Shown: in pieces, positions 48,642-62,122 of the stretch | How positions within the stretch are numbered: the first letter of the stretch is position 1 | Layout of the letters: every line of letters begins with the position of its first letter | Source: Takakia lepidozioides | Lineage: Eukaryota > Plantae > Bryophyta | Direction of reading: 5' to 3' | NCBI GenBank assembly: GCA_030704615.1 | Contig: CM060731.1 | Coordinates: 52,700,001-52,764,000 of the forward strand | Length of the DNA stretch: 64,000 nt | Program-made: the position numbers and the translations under genes | The notes under the pieces: generated by a model | What the model was told of the DNA's origin: nothing | What the model saw: only the letters and a program-made list of their open reading frames with translations | The model's database searches: none

Positions 48642-51600
48642 CTACCCATGTGTTGTATCCTGCTGCAATAGAGTATCGACCTCGTTGAAACTCATAGTGG
48701 CCTGGTGAATGAAGTTGTCACGTTTGGGATCGCAAACCATCCTCTTCAAAAATATGAAATACAAATGTTTGCAGGGTATGAATTTACCTCTCTTGCCCAA
48801 ACTGGTTGATAGCATATTCACAAAATCAGGACATGTGCAATTGGGAAAATTGGAAACCGTGATGTCGTAGGTCCTGTCATGAACAGCAGATGTGGAAGTG
48901 ATGATTAAGAATACCCGACCATATCCTGGATCGGGTACTTCCGTGGTGCTTCCAACACGAGCTTGGAGCATTCTTGCGGACTCCACTTTGCCAAAGTGTT
49001 CAGCGGTTGGAGGGAAACGCCGAACGAGCTTTCCATCTCGTTTGGTTGGCCACAAGTCAGGATTTGCCGGGGGGACCCGGGAGGACGCAGAAGTAGTAGC
49101 ACATGCATGGAGTTGGGGTTGTCTCGCAAGGGAAAAATCTGCCTCCTCCAGCATTTCAATCTCCTGAAAGCTGAGATGTGTTCCCACCTTCACGGGCCAA
49201 ACGGTTGGAGGAGATGGCTCATCACTACGGAAGGACGCACAGTTCCATGCACACATCTGGCACAATCATCTGCGCAGAACCAGAACTTGTGGTTCTTGGC
49301 TTCTGGTTGACCGTATGGACGCATCAAGCCCGTGAAAGTCGGAGCAGGAATTTGGGCACCACCTCTGGATATAGATGAAGTGCACTTCTCAAAATTAGTT
49401 GCCCTGATCGCTGTACATTTCACACGAGACCCTACACTTGTGCGTTCTATGTGCCAAACGTGGTCGGGGCATGCGGACTCAAGCACATCAAGGGGTTGTT
49501 TCTCTCCTGCACCATTTCAGTGGCACTGTTTGATGCTGGAGCTTGCCGTCGTGTTGGAGGTTCCTCCACAATGGAGGTTCCGGACATGGAGCTGTCATGC
49601 AAGGGAACACGAGGCTTCGAGAAGTTATCACGGTCTGCCCTGTGGGAATCTGAATCCGAACCAGGTGGAGTGTTCAATTTCCTCTTACAGGAGCCGAATC
49701 TCTCCTCCCCTTCAAGATGTGGAACTCTAGAAACAAGTGGCGTTCCCTGGGCATACATGCTCACCGCCCATGCTATCTTGATTGGATCCCCAGATCTGTT
49801 TGCAGCACGCAACATCAACTCCCATTTGTCCGGACCCTTGCCACCAACCCCACCTCGTAAGAAATCACGGTATCGGGTTTGTTGTTGCAAGGCACGTATC
49901 AAATCATCTGTTGTTGCCACATACAAATCCCGACCTCGTTTCCCAGACTGCTGCAACCATGCGTTGTGCACAGTTTCTGCCAAATTGCAAGATGACATGT
50001 CCGCCATTTCCTCAATGGACATGTTCTGCAAAGTGCAGAACCACACTTCAAAACAGTGAACAGAAAACAACATAAAGAAAGCGAGGACACAATAAAATGG
50101 AAAGCAAATGTATGAATAAAGCAATAAATATAAGCCTCGTACCAATGGCATGGCTGCTCCCCACTGTCTATACCGAAAGTGCCAAAACGCCAGCCAATCT
50201 TCCAATGCTCTCATACTCTCAAGTGATGCAGCTCCAGAAGAGAACCACCAGGCACGAATTGTCTGGAACAAAGTGTCCGCCTCCTTCATTGTTCTAGCAT
50301 CTTTGTACTCTTTGCACAATTTACGGTGCTGAGTCTGCATCTCTGGTTTGATGTCCGACTTTGTATGTTTTTCCAGAGATTGTGTCCAATGGAATAGACA
50401 TGTACGCTCTCTTCCTGGCATAGGCACTTTTGGGTCGCCCGATCCGAAGACAATACGAACAGCATTGAAATTTGCTTGAGCACTATCCGCCATGAAACCT
50501 GCGAAATTTGGAGATGGCAGCCCATGGCAGCCCATGACACGTATCAGGGAATTCCACATGAGCTTCTGGGATTCCGTATCCTCGGATTGCATGTCACAAA
50601 CTGCAATTGTCATAACTCGTTGGTACACTGGATCGTAGACATGACAAGCCATTGTCGTCCAATCCTTCACTCGTTTCACATGATCAAACATAAGAAAACA
50701 GTTCTGCAAGTCCCCAGTCTTCTGCATCCGCTTCACGAGGCTAACCCCACTGCCCTCCCCAACAGTCGACATTTTGAAAAGAAAAACTTTGATGGCACCT
50801 TGACCTGGGAATACATTGTCCTGGATGTAATCGTACTTGCTCACTCGTTTCAATTCCAAAATGTTGTCTATGTAGCCTCTGATCCCAGAGCCCATTCTCA
50901 ATGCATTGATCTGATGCCGAATGTTAGGTGAACTTAAAGTGGAGAAATGATCCATGACCAGGTCCAATGCTGCACCGTCAAGTTTAGTCCCCACAGAATC
51001 CCCTTCACTCAAAATATGGCTTTCCAAGAAGGACTTGCTTGCGCCAAGAGCAATTGCAGATGTTGTTGCGGATGGGTTTCTCCCGAACTCCTGTTTAATC
51101 AACCTCGATACTGTCTCAACACTCTCCCTGTAATCCCCCTTCGAGACAGGATGGTTATGGAATCCGAAATGCACACAAGCTCTTGTCATTGTTTTCAAAC
51201 GGTGGACAACATAGTACATTCTTGCTCCGCAGAGCGCCAAGCAGGATGGCACAAGTTTGCAGAATTTGCAGACGAAAGTGTTTGCCGGTGGAGGGGCAGT
51301 CCCAGGCTGAAATGGATTTTCCGCCAGACCCTCCCATTCGCTTTGATTATGAACCCCAGACTGAAGAAAGTGTCTGCAATTCAAATTATCACACCTAAGG
51401 TGTCCATTGCAAACTGTCCTCCTGAAAACAAGCTTGTCATCATTCTGAATATTGGATGTTTTTGTTCTGCACCACGGGTGCCCGTCGTGTTTCTTGTCCA
51501 TTCCATGCATCATGATTGTTACACCTCCAACTCGCGGAGGAGGAGGCAGCTCGAATAGGATATCGCCATCAAAAGTCTCCGGCAAGAACTTCACAGGCAC

Positions 51601-52155
51601 CTGCTTCAAAGATTCCCAATCAATTCCCCGCAACTCACTTTTGAATCCAGCCATTCCTCCCATCGCCCGCAATTTTGGAATGACACTACAAATCTCTTCT
51701 TCATCAGCTTCTCCAACCACAGTAGGAAGGACTGGATTTGGAATTTCACTTATGTCATCATCGGACGAATCCGAAAGCTCAACGATTGGAGTGGAGGACG
51801 TCTGTTCTTTTTTCACCACCACCTCCCTCTTGTCTTCAACGACCGAAGCAGCAGTCCCGGGCGTCACATATGACCCAAGGGACTTTCGCCGAGGCTCTCC
51901 AAGTACTCTGTATCGACCAGGACGCACTCTCCACTGGCTGATATGAGCCGTCTCATCACGGTTTTGGAAAGAGTATTTCAACAACTTCCCTTTAAGATCG
52001 TACACCTCTTTCTCCAAAAAGATGGAGCCATTCTGCAGCTGAAAACGGGTAGCCAAGACATGTTCCAGAACAATTGCAAATCCATTGTCAAGGACTTCCT
52101 GGGAGAACGGCACTGGTTTGTCGTCAGAGAAGAACTCCGCTTCAGAGGAAGCCAT
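48642..52155 (-). CDS. MULE transposase (GCM/WRKY-like Zn domain, DDE core, SWIM finger); one probable intron and frameshifts
   Basis: FLMFDHVK, FMADSAQA, CLFH (CxxH), NLAETVH; CTCPDF...PCKH SWIM; probable intron ~50030-50143; frameshifts near 49480 and 49200. Confidence 0.85.
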
Positions 52156-53007
52156 CTTCCTTCCTCGCGTACGTTTATACCTTGCTATCGCAGATCTAGT
52201 GTAAATCGGTTTACTGATGTCTCCAGAACACAGTTGAAGAATGAGCAGAGAATATGGCGGAGGAAGCTCAGACAACGACTGTGCATATTATGTTATTCTT
52301 TCCAGATATGCAGCCGTCCATTTTAATTACTTTTCTTGTGGGCCCAGTGGTCAGAGTATCCCTAGGAGCAGTGTCGGCAGCTGTTAAACCGTTAATCAGA
52401 ACCTCATCAATAAACCCAATAACAAAGCCGACTTCCTGGAAGCATGCCACAGGATCTGAGGATGGGATTGCAGATTAAGTAAATGTATCTTTATACTACT
52501 ACCAATGATCATGCGCACCTGGAAAGTTCCAAATGTGAAACGAATGTGGGGTTTGGCTAACAAGGATGACCGTGTATGATATTCCAAAATTTGTCATCAA
52601 ACTCTCGTTCATTTACATTTATTTGTGTAAGACTGTGCGCCAAGATTTCTGGGATTCGCTGTTATTTTAAATATTGAAACCGTTCTAATAAAGAACACGC
52701 CGTTTATTTTGGGCGACACACGTCAGACATCCATAACTGAATACGAACAGCTGTACACCAATTGCTGGCATGTGCACTAATAAGGGAACGACTATGTGTA
52801 ACGGTCACGCGAGAGGGAATCCGATGCTTCTAGAGACAAGCAACAACGCAGGCAATCCCGCAAGAAATCGGGAGTCACTGCGTTTTTCTACTTTTCGCGC
52901 TTAGAGAGAGAGTGGTAGTCAAGCTGGAGAGGGTTCCTTCTACAATACGAAAGAGAAGAAAGTCTCTTTATACTTCCCTTAGAGAGAGACGCAGAGCAAG
53001 AGAGCAA

Positions 53008-56000
53008 ATGACGAGGCGTCGTTTGTTGGAGAACACAGGGCCAAGGCAGCAGGTGAACGCGGAGACTGATTCACAAGAGCAGACGGAGACTGAGGCAGCG
53101 GCTGTGACACAGTCGGCGATAAGAGTGCGCCAGCCTGTGGATGCAGAGATGACTCGCAGGGACACTGAAGGAGGTGGAAGCACAAGGAACGCCGAACCGG
53201 GAGAAGGTCCAGAAACCCTAGAGCAGACAGAAATTCCAGCAGATGTGAGAGGGAAGAGGAAAGCTGCAGAAGGGGATCCAATTTCAAAACCTAAGAAGGC
53301 GCCAGTAAGTTTTCTCTAACTTACATTTCATTGTTGAAGATCTGCGTAGAGATTGAGTGGGATGTCCCAGACAGGGATTGTCGCTACCGACCATCACAAC
53401 GGTGATTTGCTTTCTACTCTTCTGCTAAGGGTTTACCGCACAATGAGTGGGTGACTGACGGTACCGTCAATCATCGTTGTTCAGATCATACAGTCTGTCT
53501 GATTGCCTTTCAAGCAGTCCTTCCTCTTCCCATGCTGGCGACGGTAATCACAATGGAGTCAATCTGAATAATCTGCACTTACTGTCTGCCCTAAACTATA
53601 CTGAATGTCGTTGCCGCCAATCACTTACACATAGATGTCATTACACAACACCGATCCGGCAGGTCCTTATCTTTTGTGATTGTCGTTAACGCCGTTCGCT
53701 ATCGCTCTCGCTTTTGTTTTGAATACGGCAGGATCAGCTTTGCTTGTGTAGATTGTGCTGAATTGTTTCACACCATTCATAGTGAGTTTCTTGGAGACAG
53801 AGTGATGGTCGTTATCGCCATTCACTATTTGCAAATTACTCAGTCAGAATTGAATGGCATCGTGCAGAAAACTGTGAGGTCCAAGCCTACATGATCAGAG
53901 GGGAAAGGATCTGGAGATGGGGACAAGTCCGGAAAAAGCTTAGAGAATACAAATGAAGCAGATGAATTTGAAGTGCACTACCTTGACAAGGTGAAAGAAC
54001 TCATGTCATTCCAAAAGGTAAACTCTCAGGAGGTTATAAAGGACATGCTCGTATCTGGAGGGCGTCTGGACATCCCTCTGTGCCGGATGATATCTATGTC
54101 TGTTGTGCGTCCACCTCTTTCCCATGACATAACAAAATTGGAGAGTGATTTTGTGCATGGATATAGACTTGGTGCACAAGTTTTTTATGTGTCACTGACG
54201 GATATAAATGGGAAAAGCACATTAGTGTCTCCAGAGATCAGTGATAACTGGGATGAGTGCTGGAAAGATGCCAATGAGGAGTTCGAGCTGGGCCTCATGA
54301 TGGGAAAGAACACCCAACAATTCTGCAACCACATGTTCTACGTCTGGGACGACAACCACCGATTGCTGGCATGGATGGGATACATTCAGAAACACCATGC
54401 GAAAGACAAAGACAAGCATGTTGCTGTGGAGGCAATGGTTTTGGATCCTGGAAACGACATCGCTAGGCTTCTTACAGCTATGCACGACGTGAACAAGTAA
54501 GTCATCCAGGAGATTTCATTCCTTCTGTAGTGTCTTATTAATCCCCCCAAAAAAGTGTTAAGGAATGCAATGTTTCCAATGTTTTTGCAGATCGACAGAG
54601 AAATCGCATGTGACAACAAGCTTGGTCCACACACTTTCCGAATTCAGAGGATTGGTCTGATGAAGCTGGATGATTTTCGGACAGTACTCCCACCCAATAT
54701 AATCAAGAAGTGCGAAACAGGAAGAGCTGCAGGCACTTGGTATTCTTTGACACGAGAGGCGTTTCTGGAGTACATGTATGCGGTAAGCCCGAGTCTGTAC
54801 TCAGTTTACTTTTCGAATACATGTTTGTAGTCCCTTCGGTGCTAATCACTACTTGAATCAATGCAGCAAGAACTGGCAGAGGCAGCTGAGAAGGGAAAAT
54901 CCGAATATTACCGCACTACACCAAAGGAACTAAGGACATCAAAGGGTGTGGAAGCTGCAATAAAGAAGGAGTTTGAAATGCGAAGAACCAAATTGATGTC
55001 CGCCTTCGGAAAGCAGCTTAGAATAGTAGATCCTGGACTTGGTTCTGAGTTCCTTCAGCAGATCAAAACACACTATGACAAGCATGTGCATCCGGAGATG
55101 TAGCAGGAGAAATTGCACCGGCTGGCCATATCGATGGTCGACCCACAAACAAAAATAAGGTGGCTGGAGATATGGAACTCAGATCAAACAGTAAAGGACT
55201 TGAATCAGTTCCCAAAGAGCACCATATAGCCTGGCACAAAGGTGGAAGGAATCAGTGATTTGGTGTTTGATAATCGGCTCCACAAGGCTACATTTTGGAG
55301 TCAGATGTGTATTCAAATATGCCGTTTTCTTTTCTTCAAGTATGTGATGAGTATCTTATTTGCAATTCTGACAAATATACAATTTGCAGCTCGAAAAGCG
55401 CGCCGTCATTGTGCTGGATCAGACTTTGAAGGACCTGAACATTTCGATTGTTTCCCCTCCCCAAATGTCATTGGAGGCATACATAAGGAAGTGGAGAGGT
55501 CTCACCTGGAGATACTGTTTTTTCCGGGAGTTCTCCAAAGATGGTAACATTTTACGGTCCAACGACTTTGACAGTCAGGTTGGAGGAGAGTGGGCCATGA
55601 TGCGAGTTGTGTACAGGTGCAATGTCATACTGGAAACTCTACTACTTTTTTTTGGGAAAAAATGTGGCTTCATAAGGATTGCAATCATAGATCCAGATTG
55701 AATGTCGTTGAAGACATTCACTTCTTTGTCTGAGTCATTCTTAAGCGAGTATATGAATTCACTGGTTAGGATCTAAGGGTGTAATTATAGTGTCCCTGAT
55801 TAGAATTGATAATGTCCTTGAATGGCGTTGACGACATTCACATCCGGAGTTGTTGAGATCTAGAGGTCCTCATAGTTATGTAAATTTTTGTAATGTCCAT
55901 AGAGTTTACAGTGAGGGTTCCTCACTTCATTTTGCTGAATGTCAATGCACACATTCAGTTGTTCTGCATTGTTTTTGCCTCTTGCGAGGAATCTGGAGGC

Positions 56001-58473
56001 TTGATAAGCTGTGTTATGAGAAATCCAAAGTGAATGTCGTTGACGACATTCACTTCTGTGTCTGTATTATGCACCAACGACAATTTGAATTTACATGGAT
56101 TGGGAGCTAAGTAATTGGTTCCTTGTTGGTATTTTTGTGAATGGCGTTGACGTCATTCACATACAGTGTTGTTGTGAGGTCCTCAGTGATATGTTCGTTA
56201 TGAATGTGCATTGAGTTTTTCGGGAGGGTTCCTTATTCAAGTTTATGATTTCCATCCTTTGATTTTGCTTCATTTGAGGAATAATTAGGCTTGATTAGGA
56301 GTGTATTCACAAATCCAAAGTGAATGTCGTTGACGACATTCACTTCTATGTCTGTGTCATTCCAAAACGATAGTTTGCATTCACGTGGATTAGGGTGTAT
56401 TTACAGTATCATTGAATGGAATGTTTTGAATGGCGTTGACGACATTCACATCCGGAGCAGTCATGTGGTCCTGAAAGGTCCTTGGAGCAGTTCTCAGAGC
56501 CATTTCATTCTATGTTTTTTTCATTCTGTTCTACTTGCATCTTACTCATTGAGCGCTTTGGTGGGTTGGGATTTATCTCCTATTTTTCAGGTACACGAAA
56601 TATGTGCTTATGGAAGGAAATCACCTGAGCAAAATTCCAGACTATCTTGACATGTGGTCGGACCCTGCAAACGATCCAACCATGTATACTGCAGGGATAT
56701 TAAAGGACTGGAGTCCTTCTCACTTCAGAGACTGTGGGTGGTACCTTGACTGCCTACCGGAGCACATGACCTTTCAAGAACAGCATATGAAATACTTGAA
56801 CAATAACGCTGAGATGCTGGCGCCTTTGACTGACGAAGAGTACCAACGAAACATAGCAACATTGGCTGCCAAGGAGCCTGATGCTCAGGGAACGCCGCAG
56901 AAGGGAAAGAAGGCGGGCCGCAAACCAAAAGACAAGGCTGTTGATGTCATAGCCATCTCACCAGCAAAGCCAAATGACAAAGACAAGTCCAAAGAGAAGG
57001 AAAAGGACAAGGGGAAGGAGAAAGAAAAGGAGATGGAGAGTGGGCAGGACTTTACTGCTGGAAGATATACCCGCACTGTTCAGTGCGTGTTCGATGCCAA
57101 GCCACACCCTTCCCGTTTTGATTCGGCAGGAGAGATGAAAATTGTTAATGAGAGTTGGCTGTCGATGATGCAGAGTCGAAAGAGAGGATACATTGGGGTG
57201 CCTTCGCCTACCTGGGACAATATAATCTCATTCCTCAATCTGGTGAGAATTCCAGTTTCTTTCCTTTTTCTCTGAAAGTTTCGTTGGCAGTATTTCAGTC
57301 TCGTTCTTTGAAAACATTCTTGCCATCGTTCTTATAAAAAACATGTCTGTTGCAGGTGAGCACAGGTCCCACCTTCGTGTGCGGTGTGCAGAAAACATAT
57401 GCGGCTGACATTGTCATTCTCGACATCCCGGATGGCCAGGCTGTGCTAGAAGTTCTTCCAAAGGGCAAGACGCCAGGCTGTAACAAATTCGAGGACAACT
57501 ACTGGAGTTGGGTGTTCGGGTTTTGTAATAACTTCCTCTCTGATGCAGGGACACTTCTGTTTTTTCAGTCATGTGACAATGATAGTCGTCGGGCATTGGC
57601 ATCATACCTCAAGTCTTCAGGGTTTGAAGTTTTGCGCACATGAAATTGTATGAACAGCCTCTACATTGTGAAATGGGGTTTCCTTGGTCAGCTGGTATGT
57701 CGTCTCCCTTCTGCTTGTGCTTTCATGATGAGTTTCAATGTTCTCTGCAGCTCCACTCTAGTAGAATCTGTTATGATCGACACCGATCATCACTGATTCG
57801 TGATAAAAATGATTTTTTTGTGTCTGAGTTCTGAATAGCCGATGTAAACACTTCCACTATAGATTGTGTTTACCACACTAACTTGCTATCTTTGGCAGAC
57901 AAGGATGTTCGAGGCGATCTGCTTGCGCAATATTCACACCTCCAAGACACCATCCTCCATCCGCAGCTTTGAGATTTCCGACCAGGGTTGTTTCGTCAAC
58001 CCCCCCTATGAGCCCCATGTCGATGACATTTTGTACAACTTTATGCAGTCCAGTCAGACTCTGAAGAGACCAGATGGCACTCCCTGGAGAGGTGCAAAGG
58101 AAAAGTCCCCAGCGTTCATGCAAATACTGCTGGAGTCATGCAGCCACCACTCTGCACGGGTGGTCGATCTTTCTGTGTCCACAGGTTCGTTCTTTCCCTT
58201 CCGAATTGGTTTTCTTTCAACAGTTTCATCTTCTTAAATCCCCCCCACCAAACTGTTCATGTCCTTCAGTGTGGTGCAGGAGCAACTTACCATGCATGCA
58301 AGGCAGGCGGAAGAAGCCTTTTTGGCATGGAGGGTGATTCTGACCTCTACAACACAGTGCTCCTCCCCCTTTTGTCTGGCTCCACTTTAGGCACACAGAC
58401 TGATCGGATTCAACTTCGAAATGATGACGATCCCGAAGATAAGCAGGTCGACAACGACTTTTCATGTGAGTAA
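53008..58473 (+). pseudogene. Spliced MULE cargo gene: ParB-like domain + beta-class N4/N6 DNA methyltransferase-like domain
   Basis: About 9 GT-AG exons (approx. 53008-53304, 53868-54496, 54591-54783, 54867-55220, 55391-55616, 56591-57242, 57356-57695, 57899-58184, 58280-58473). Motifs FYVWDDNHRLLAW; ADIVILDIPDG...FLSDAGTLLFF; EKSPAFMQILLESCS...VVDLSVSTG|ATYHACKAGGRSLFGMEGD. A few premature stops. Confidence 0.7.
55698..56449. repeat. Six copies of the 24-bp palindrome GTGAATGTCGT-TG-ACGACATTCAC in three ~300-bp units (intronic)
   Basis: Copies at 55698, 55818, 56030, 56137, 56320 and 56426. Confidence 0.9.
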
Positions 58474-59486
58474 GTGCTAAACCCTCTTTGGGAGCCATAC
58501 TCAATTTCTCAATAACATCAAAGTTATAGTAATAACTTTTTCAGGCTGTCTTTTAGGAAAGGCAGCGGTGGATCTTCAGGAGATACAGTCATTTCTGGCG
58601 AGTCTGTTTTCGACAGCCCCCTTTCCAATTTTCTGCTTCCTGTTTATGCCGAAGCAATGGCACTTCACGCGGCCGAGTCCCTATCCCTTGACTTTTTACT
58701 GCCCAGCCGTAGGTGTATCCAGCGTGGATCCGGTGTTCTAAAATACTTAGACTTAGATGCAGATGAAGCGGGGATACATTGTACTGACTCTGAGTCAGAC
58801 TGAACTATATTCTTTTAATATTCATTTTCATACTATCTGGAAAACGTTGAATCCCCTTCCTCCACCGTAGTTGTTCCTTTAGAACAAATAATAATCACAG
58901 AATCAACTTTCATTTAAATTGCAATATGTATGAATCCATCTCACAAACCTCCCTGACTCTTCTCATATCCATTGTGCATTCATCTACAGTGTATTCATGC
59001 GTGCTCCATTCATGAATGTTTTCCTTTGTTCAACATCCATTGTATATCATCATCTGTACTCTTTAATCCACCCCACAAACCTTCCACACTCATTTCATAT
59101 ACGTTGTGCATTCGTCAAAAGTTTTGGTCATGCATCTTCCTGTCATGAATTTTTGTCATTGCTCAACATCCATTATACATTCATCCATTTTACTCTTATC
59201 CATCCCTCATTCATCCATCTACATTCATTTTTCACATTCATCCATCTGTTTATCATCCAACTGTACATTCATCCATCCTTTATTCAATGCCTTTTATTAT
59301 GTCGTCCAGCTTGTTTCCGCGGTAAAGGGTGCCAATCCGCGGGAATACACTCCACTTCTTTCTGGGCGCGTGGTGACGCGGCCTTCACGTGTGATGACGT
59401 GGAGTGAGCCCCGTGACGTGGCATTGGCGCAAGGTGACGTGGCGTGAGCGCAGTTGCGCTCACGCACTCACGCCGAGGCATCCTTG

Positions 59487-59691
59487 GATTCTAAGCAGTG
59501 AAGGAGCTCGATCGTGCAGGCTCAACTCGAGAGAGATGAGCCGCACGACTGACGCTCTCGTGAAGATAAGATGGTTCAGGTGTCAAGCTAAATTTGACAC
59601 CTGACTTAACACTTGAACTAAATCCAAGTGTTAAATACAAATAACTAGCTTTATTCTAGTTAGTTTCACACTGTGTTTATTTAACTTGACA
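59487..59691 (-). repeat. LTR-like module of copy 2, part 2 (terminal, hairpin-rich)
   Basis: Matches 9006-9210; similarity stops exactly at TTGACA. Confidence 0.85.
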
Positions 59692-62122
59692 CATATTATC
59701 AGAATCGAGGGTTCAATGGAATGACAACTTCCCGGAGGAGTGGCTGCTCTCTTAGCTCCATGTGCTCCCCCCTTAGGGAGGATGAGTCAGAAATCAACTC
59801 GAGGCACCGTAAATCCTTCAAGAAAGGCAAAGCGAAGGTGCTCTCATTTGGTAGCTTAAATTAGTCATCAGGTCTGCTGAGTTGTTCTTTGTAGTGTTAC
59901 CTCGCCGTTCCCATGGTTCTGAATTATGAAGCTGCTGCAAAGTAGATAGAAGGAGGTGCTTGGGCCTTGCCCTGCTACACAGATGCTCTCCTGTTACCGA
60001 GTTGACCACGACAAGGCCTCACACTAGGTCTCTTTAGGCATCTTCCATGCTTGGGGGCACTGCTGTTAGGCTCTAATCATCGTGGTTTATGGCCCCTGGA
60101 CTCTGGATTATCCTTGATCTATGACCTCTCTTCTCCCCCTTCTCTTCAATCTGGTCACGAAGCACCGTCTTCCTAGTTCAGCTTTCATGGCACCCACGGT
60201 AGAGGTTATTTTTTCCTCTTGTACTTCTGGGACGTTCTATGTCCTTATATATAAAGCTGTGAGGCCTCCGTCCCTCATTTACTTAAAAAGCCAAAATAAA
60301 AAATAAAAATTATTACGCTCAAAAATGCCTAATCCGTTGTCCAGGGACGGTATGTAGTCGTTTGTAGGTCTGCATTGAATTGCTGGAAGAAATCTGGAAA
60401 GAACCAGTTCGAAGAAAGATCCACACTCGAGATCGGTTGTTCCTTCAGCTCTCTGCACAACCATTTCGGTTTTCCTGTAATGCTCCATGAATTTTCTCGA
60501 ACCTCATGCAGTCACGTTTGAGCAGTTTCTTAATTGAAGACCTGTAGACGGCTGTTTCTGATCATTTCTTTATCTTGTTCTCATGAAGGATAGATTCAAT
60601 GCAATCCTTCAACGCCTCTTTGTTGATGTTTATATTAATCGTCATGTTTAGAGGATGTTGTAACTGGAAGGTATTGTTGGTAGAGAGCGAAGGCACAGGA
60701 GTACAAGCCATGAAGGTGGAACACCAAATCACGCGGCCCGTTACGCGGGTGACCAGCTTAGGAGCATCCCGTCCGACGGTGACTGCTCAGCTGGCGCAAA
60801 CAACCTTGAGAAAGACCACTTCAAAATCTCCTCCTTCCTCTCCCGAAACAAGCTGCCAGAAGAAAGCAGTGCTTGGCGGAAAGGTAAACAAAGCAGCCCT
60901 ACGTCGAACTGGATTCTTTGAAGTAGATTCATGGTGAAGGATCGAGGTCGGCCACATCATGATCCGAATCTGTCTGGAAGTACGAAGACAGAAGTAAGAA
61001 AATAATATTCGTTCTCATCCGTTCCCGAACCAGCACAACTCTAATCCTCCTTTCTCCTGCGCCCTTCCTGCGGATGAGACCACGGATCTTTAGAAAAGCC
61101 AGTCGTTGCTAGCTGGAAAGGCCAACTTCTTTAGACTTGTTTGAGAAAAATCAGCAGTGAGTCTTCAGCCGGTAAAGTACCTAAGTATACTAGGGAGAAT
61201 CAATGAAAGGGAGCGCCAGATGTGAAGTGTGTGTGCCCTTATTGATTTAAGGTCTGTAGGTCACGTGTTTGTGCTTTCTTGAATAGTACAGATTTCAAAG
61301 GAGCTACGTTTCTCTGCTTCTTCGGAAGAGTTAGGATAGCAAACTTGCACGCGTGTATACATCAAGAGGAAACGACAGTAGCTTTATAGACGAGGCTCCG
61401 ATGCTGAGCTCCATGCTTTGTGGTAGAAATTATTCCTTTTGCTTTTCGAAACTTGAGAAACACGTTTCTGTTTGCACCGTACCTTTGCCCTGTAACGAAT
61501 CTGGCAGATACAGTTCAGGCTATGAATTAATGTAGAAAGCTTGTTGGCCAAGCTTACGTCTTTTCTTCCATTTGTTCTGCACATCGAGTCTTATTGCTTT
61601 TCTGGACAGAGAACGCGAACGCCGAATGATGGGAGTACAAATTCTTGCTCGGAAGCCATCGCTGAGACGTCAGATCAACACACCGTAATTACTTCCTTCC
61701 TCAGTCCGACTATCTGCTTAGAGTGGAAGCAAGTTTGGTCACTTGAAGAGAGCCCGACATGCTTTTTTCTTATCTTCCCCCTCAAGGATGACATGTAGGC
61801 AGCTCAAATGGACTATGCCGTTAGAATGCTGCCTTTTGCAAATATTAGTCCGCATAATTCCAAGAAGATGCTTGCATGTGGAAGAGAGTAGCTTACACCC
61901 GCTTCTACCATGTGTGCTCAAAGTTACGTGAACAAAATGCACTAAGGTTTAATGTAAGTGCTTCGATGCAGACAACCTTAAAAATACGTTCTTCCTTGGA
62001 GCTCGTTCTGATTGAGATCAAACAACTTCGTTTGGAGAGTGTCTTACTTCGGCGACTGTAGGTCGCTCGGCGTTTCACAGTCATAGAAATGAACGTTATT
62101 CATCCTCCTCACTAACCACGGG

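Larger units (their letters stand above)
48029..59486. mobile_element. Complete Mutator-like element (MULE) with two divergent genes
   Basis: 9-bp TSD GATTCTAAG (48020-48028, 59487-59495); imperfect TIRs CAACGACGCAATGGCGTGAG / reverse complement CAAGGATGCCTCGGCGTGAG; the empty site is visible at ~9006. Confidence 0.92.
31251..59691. mobile_element. DNMT-carrying Gypsy copy 2, rearranged by an internal inversion and two DNA-transposon insertions
   Basis: Re-inverting 32946-46519 restores the order module > cargo > 249-aa ORF > gag > PR > DNMT > RT > RH > IN > PHD > PPT on the minus strand. Confidence 0.7.

Noticed and set aside
55698-56449. CRISPR array
   Set aside because: Spacing is long and irregular, the intervening sequences are themselves repeated, there are no cas genes and the context is eukaryotic.
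57990-58012. NPPY as the catalytic motif IV of the MULE methyltransferase
   Set aside because: It lies in the expected variable region, and the flanking pattern places motif IV at DIPDG. It could be coincidence and needs a structural model.
59700-62100. Complete gene model upstream of the KASH-like ORF
   Set aside because: Splice sites and frames could not be resolved by eye and there are no recognisable domains.
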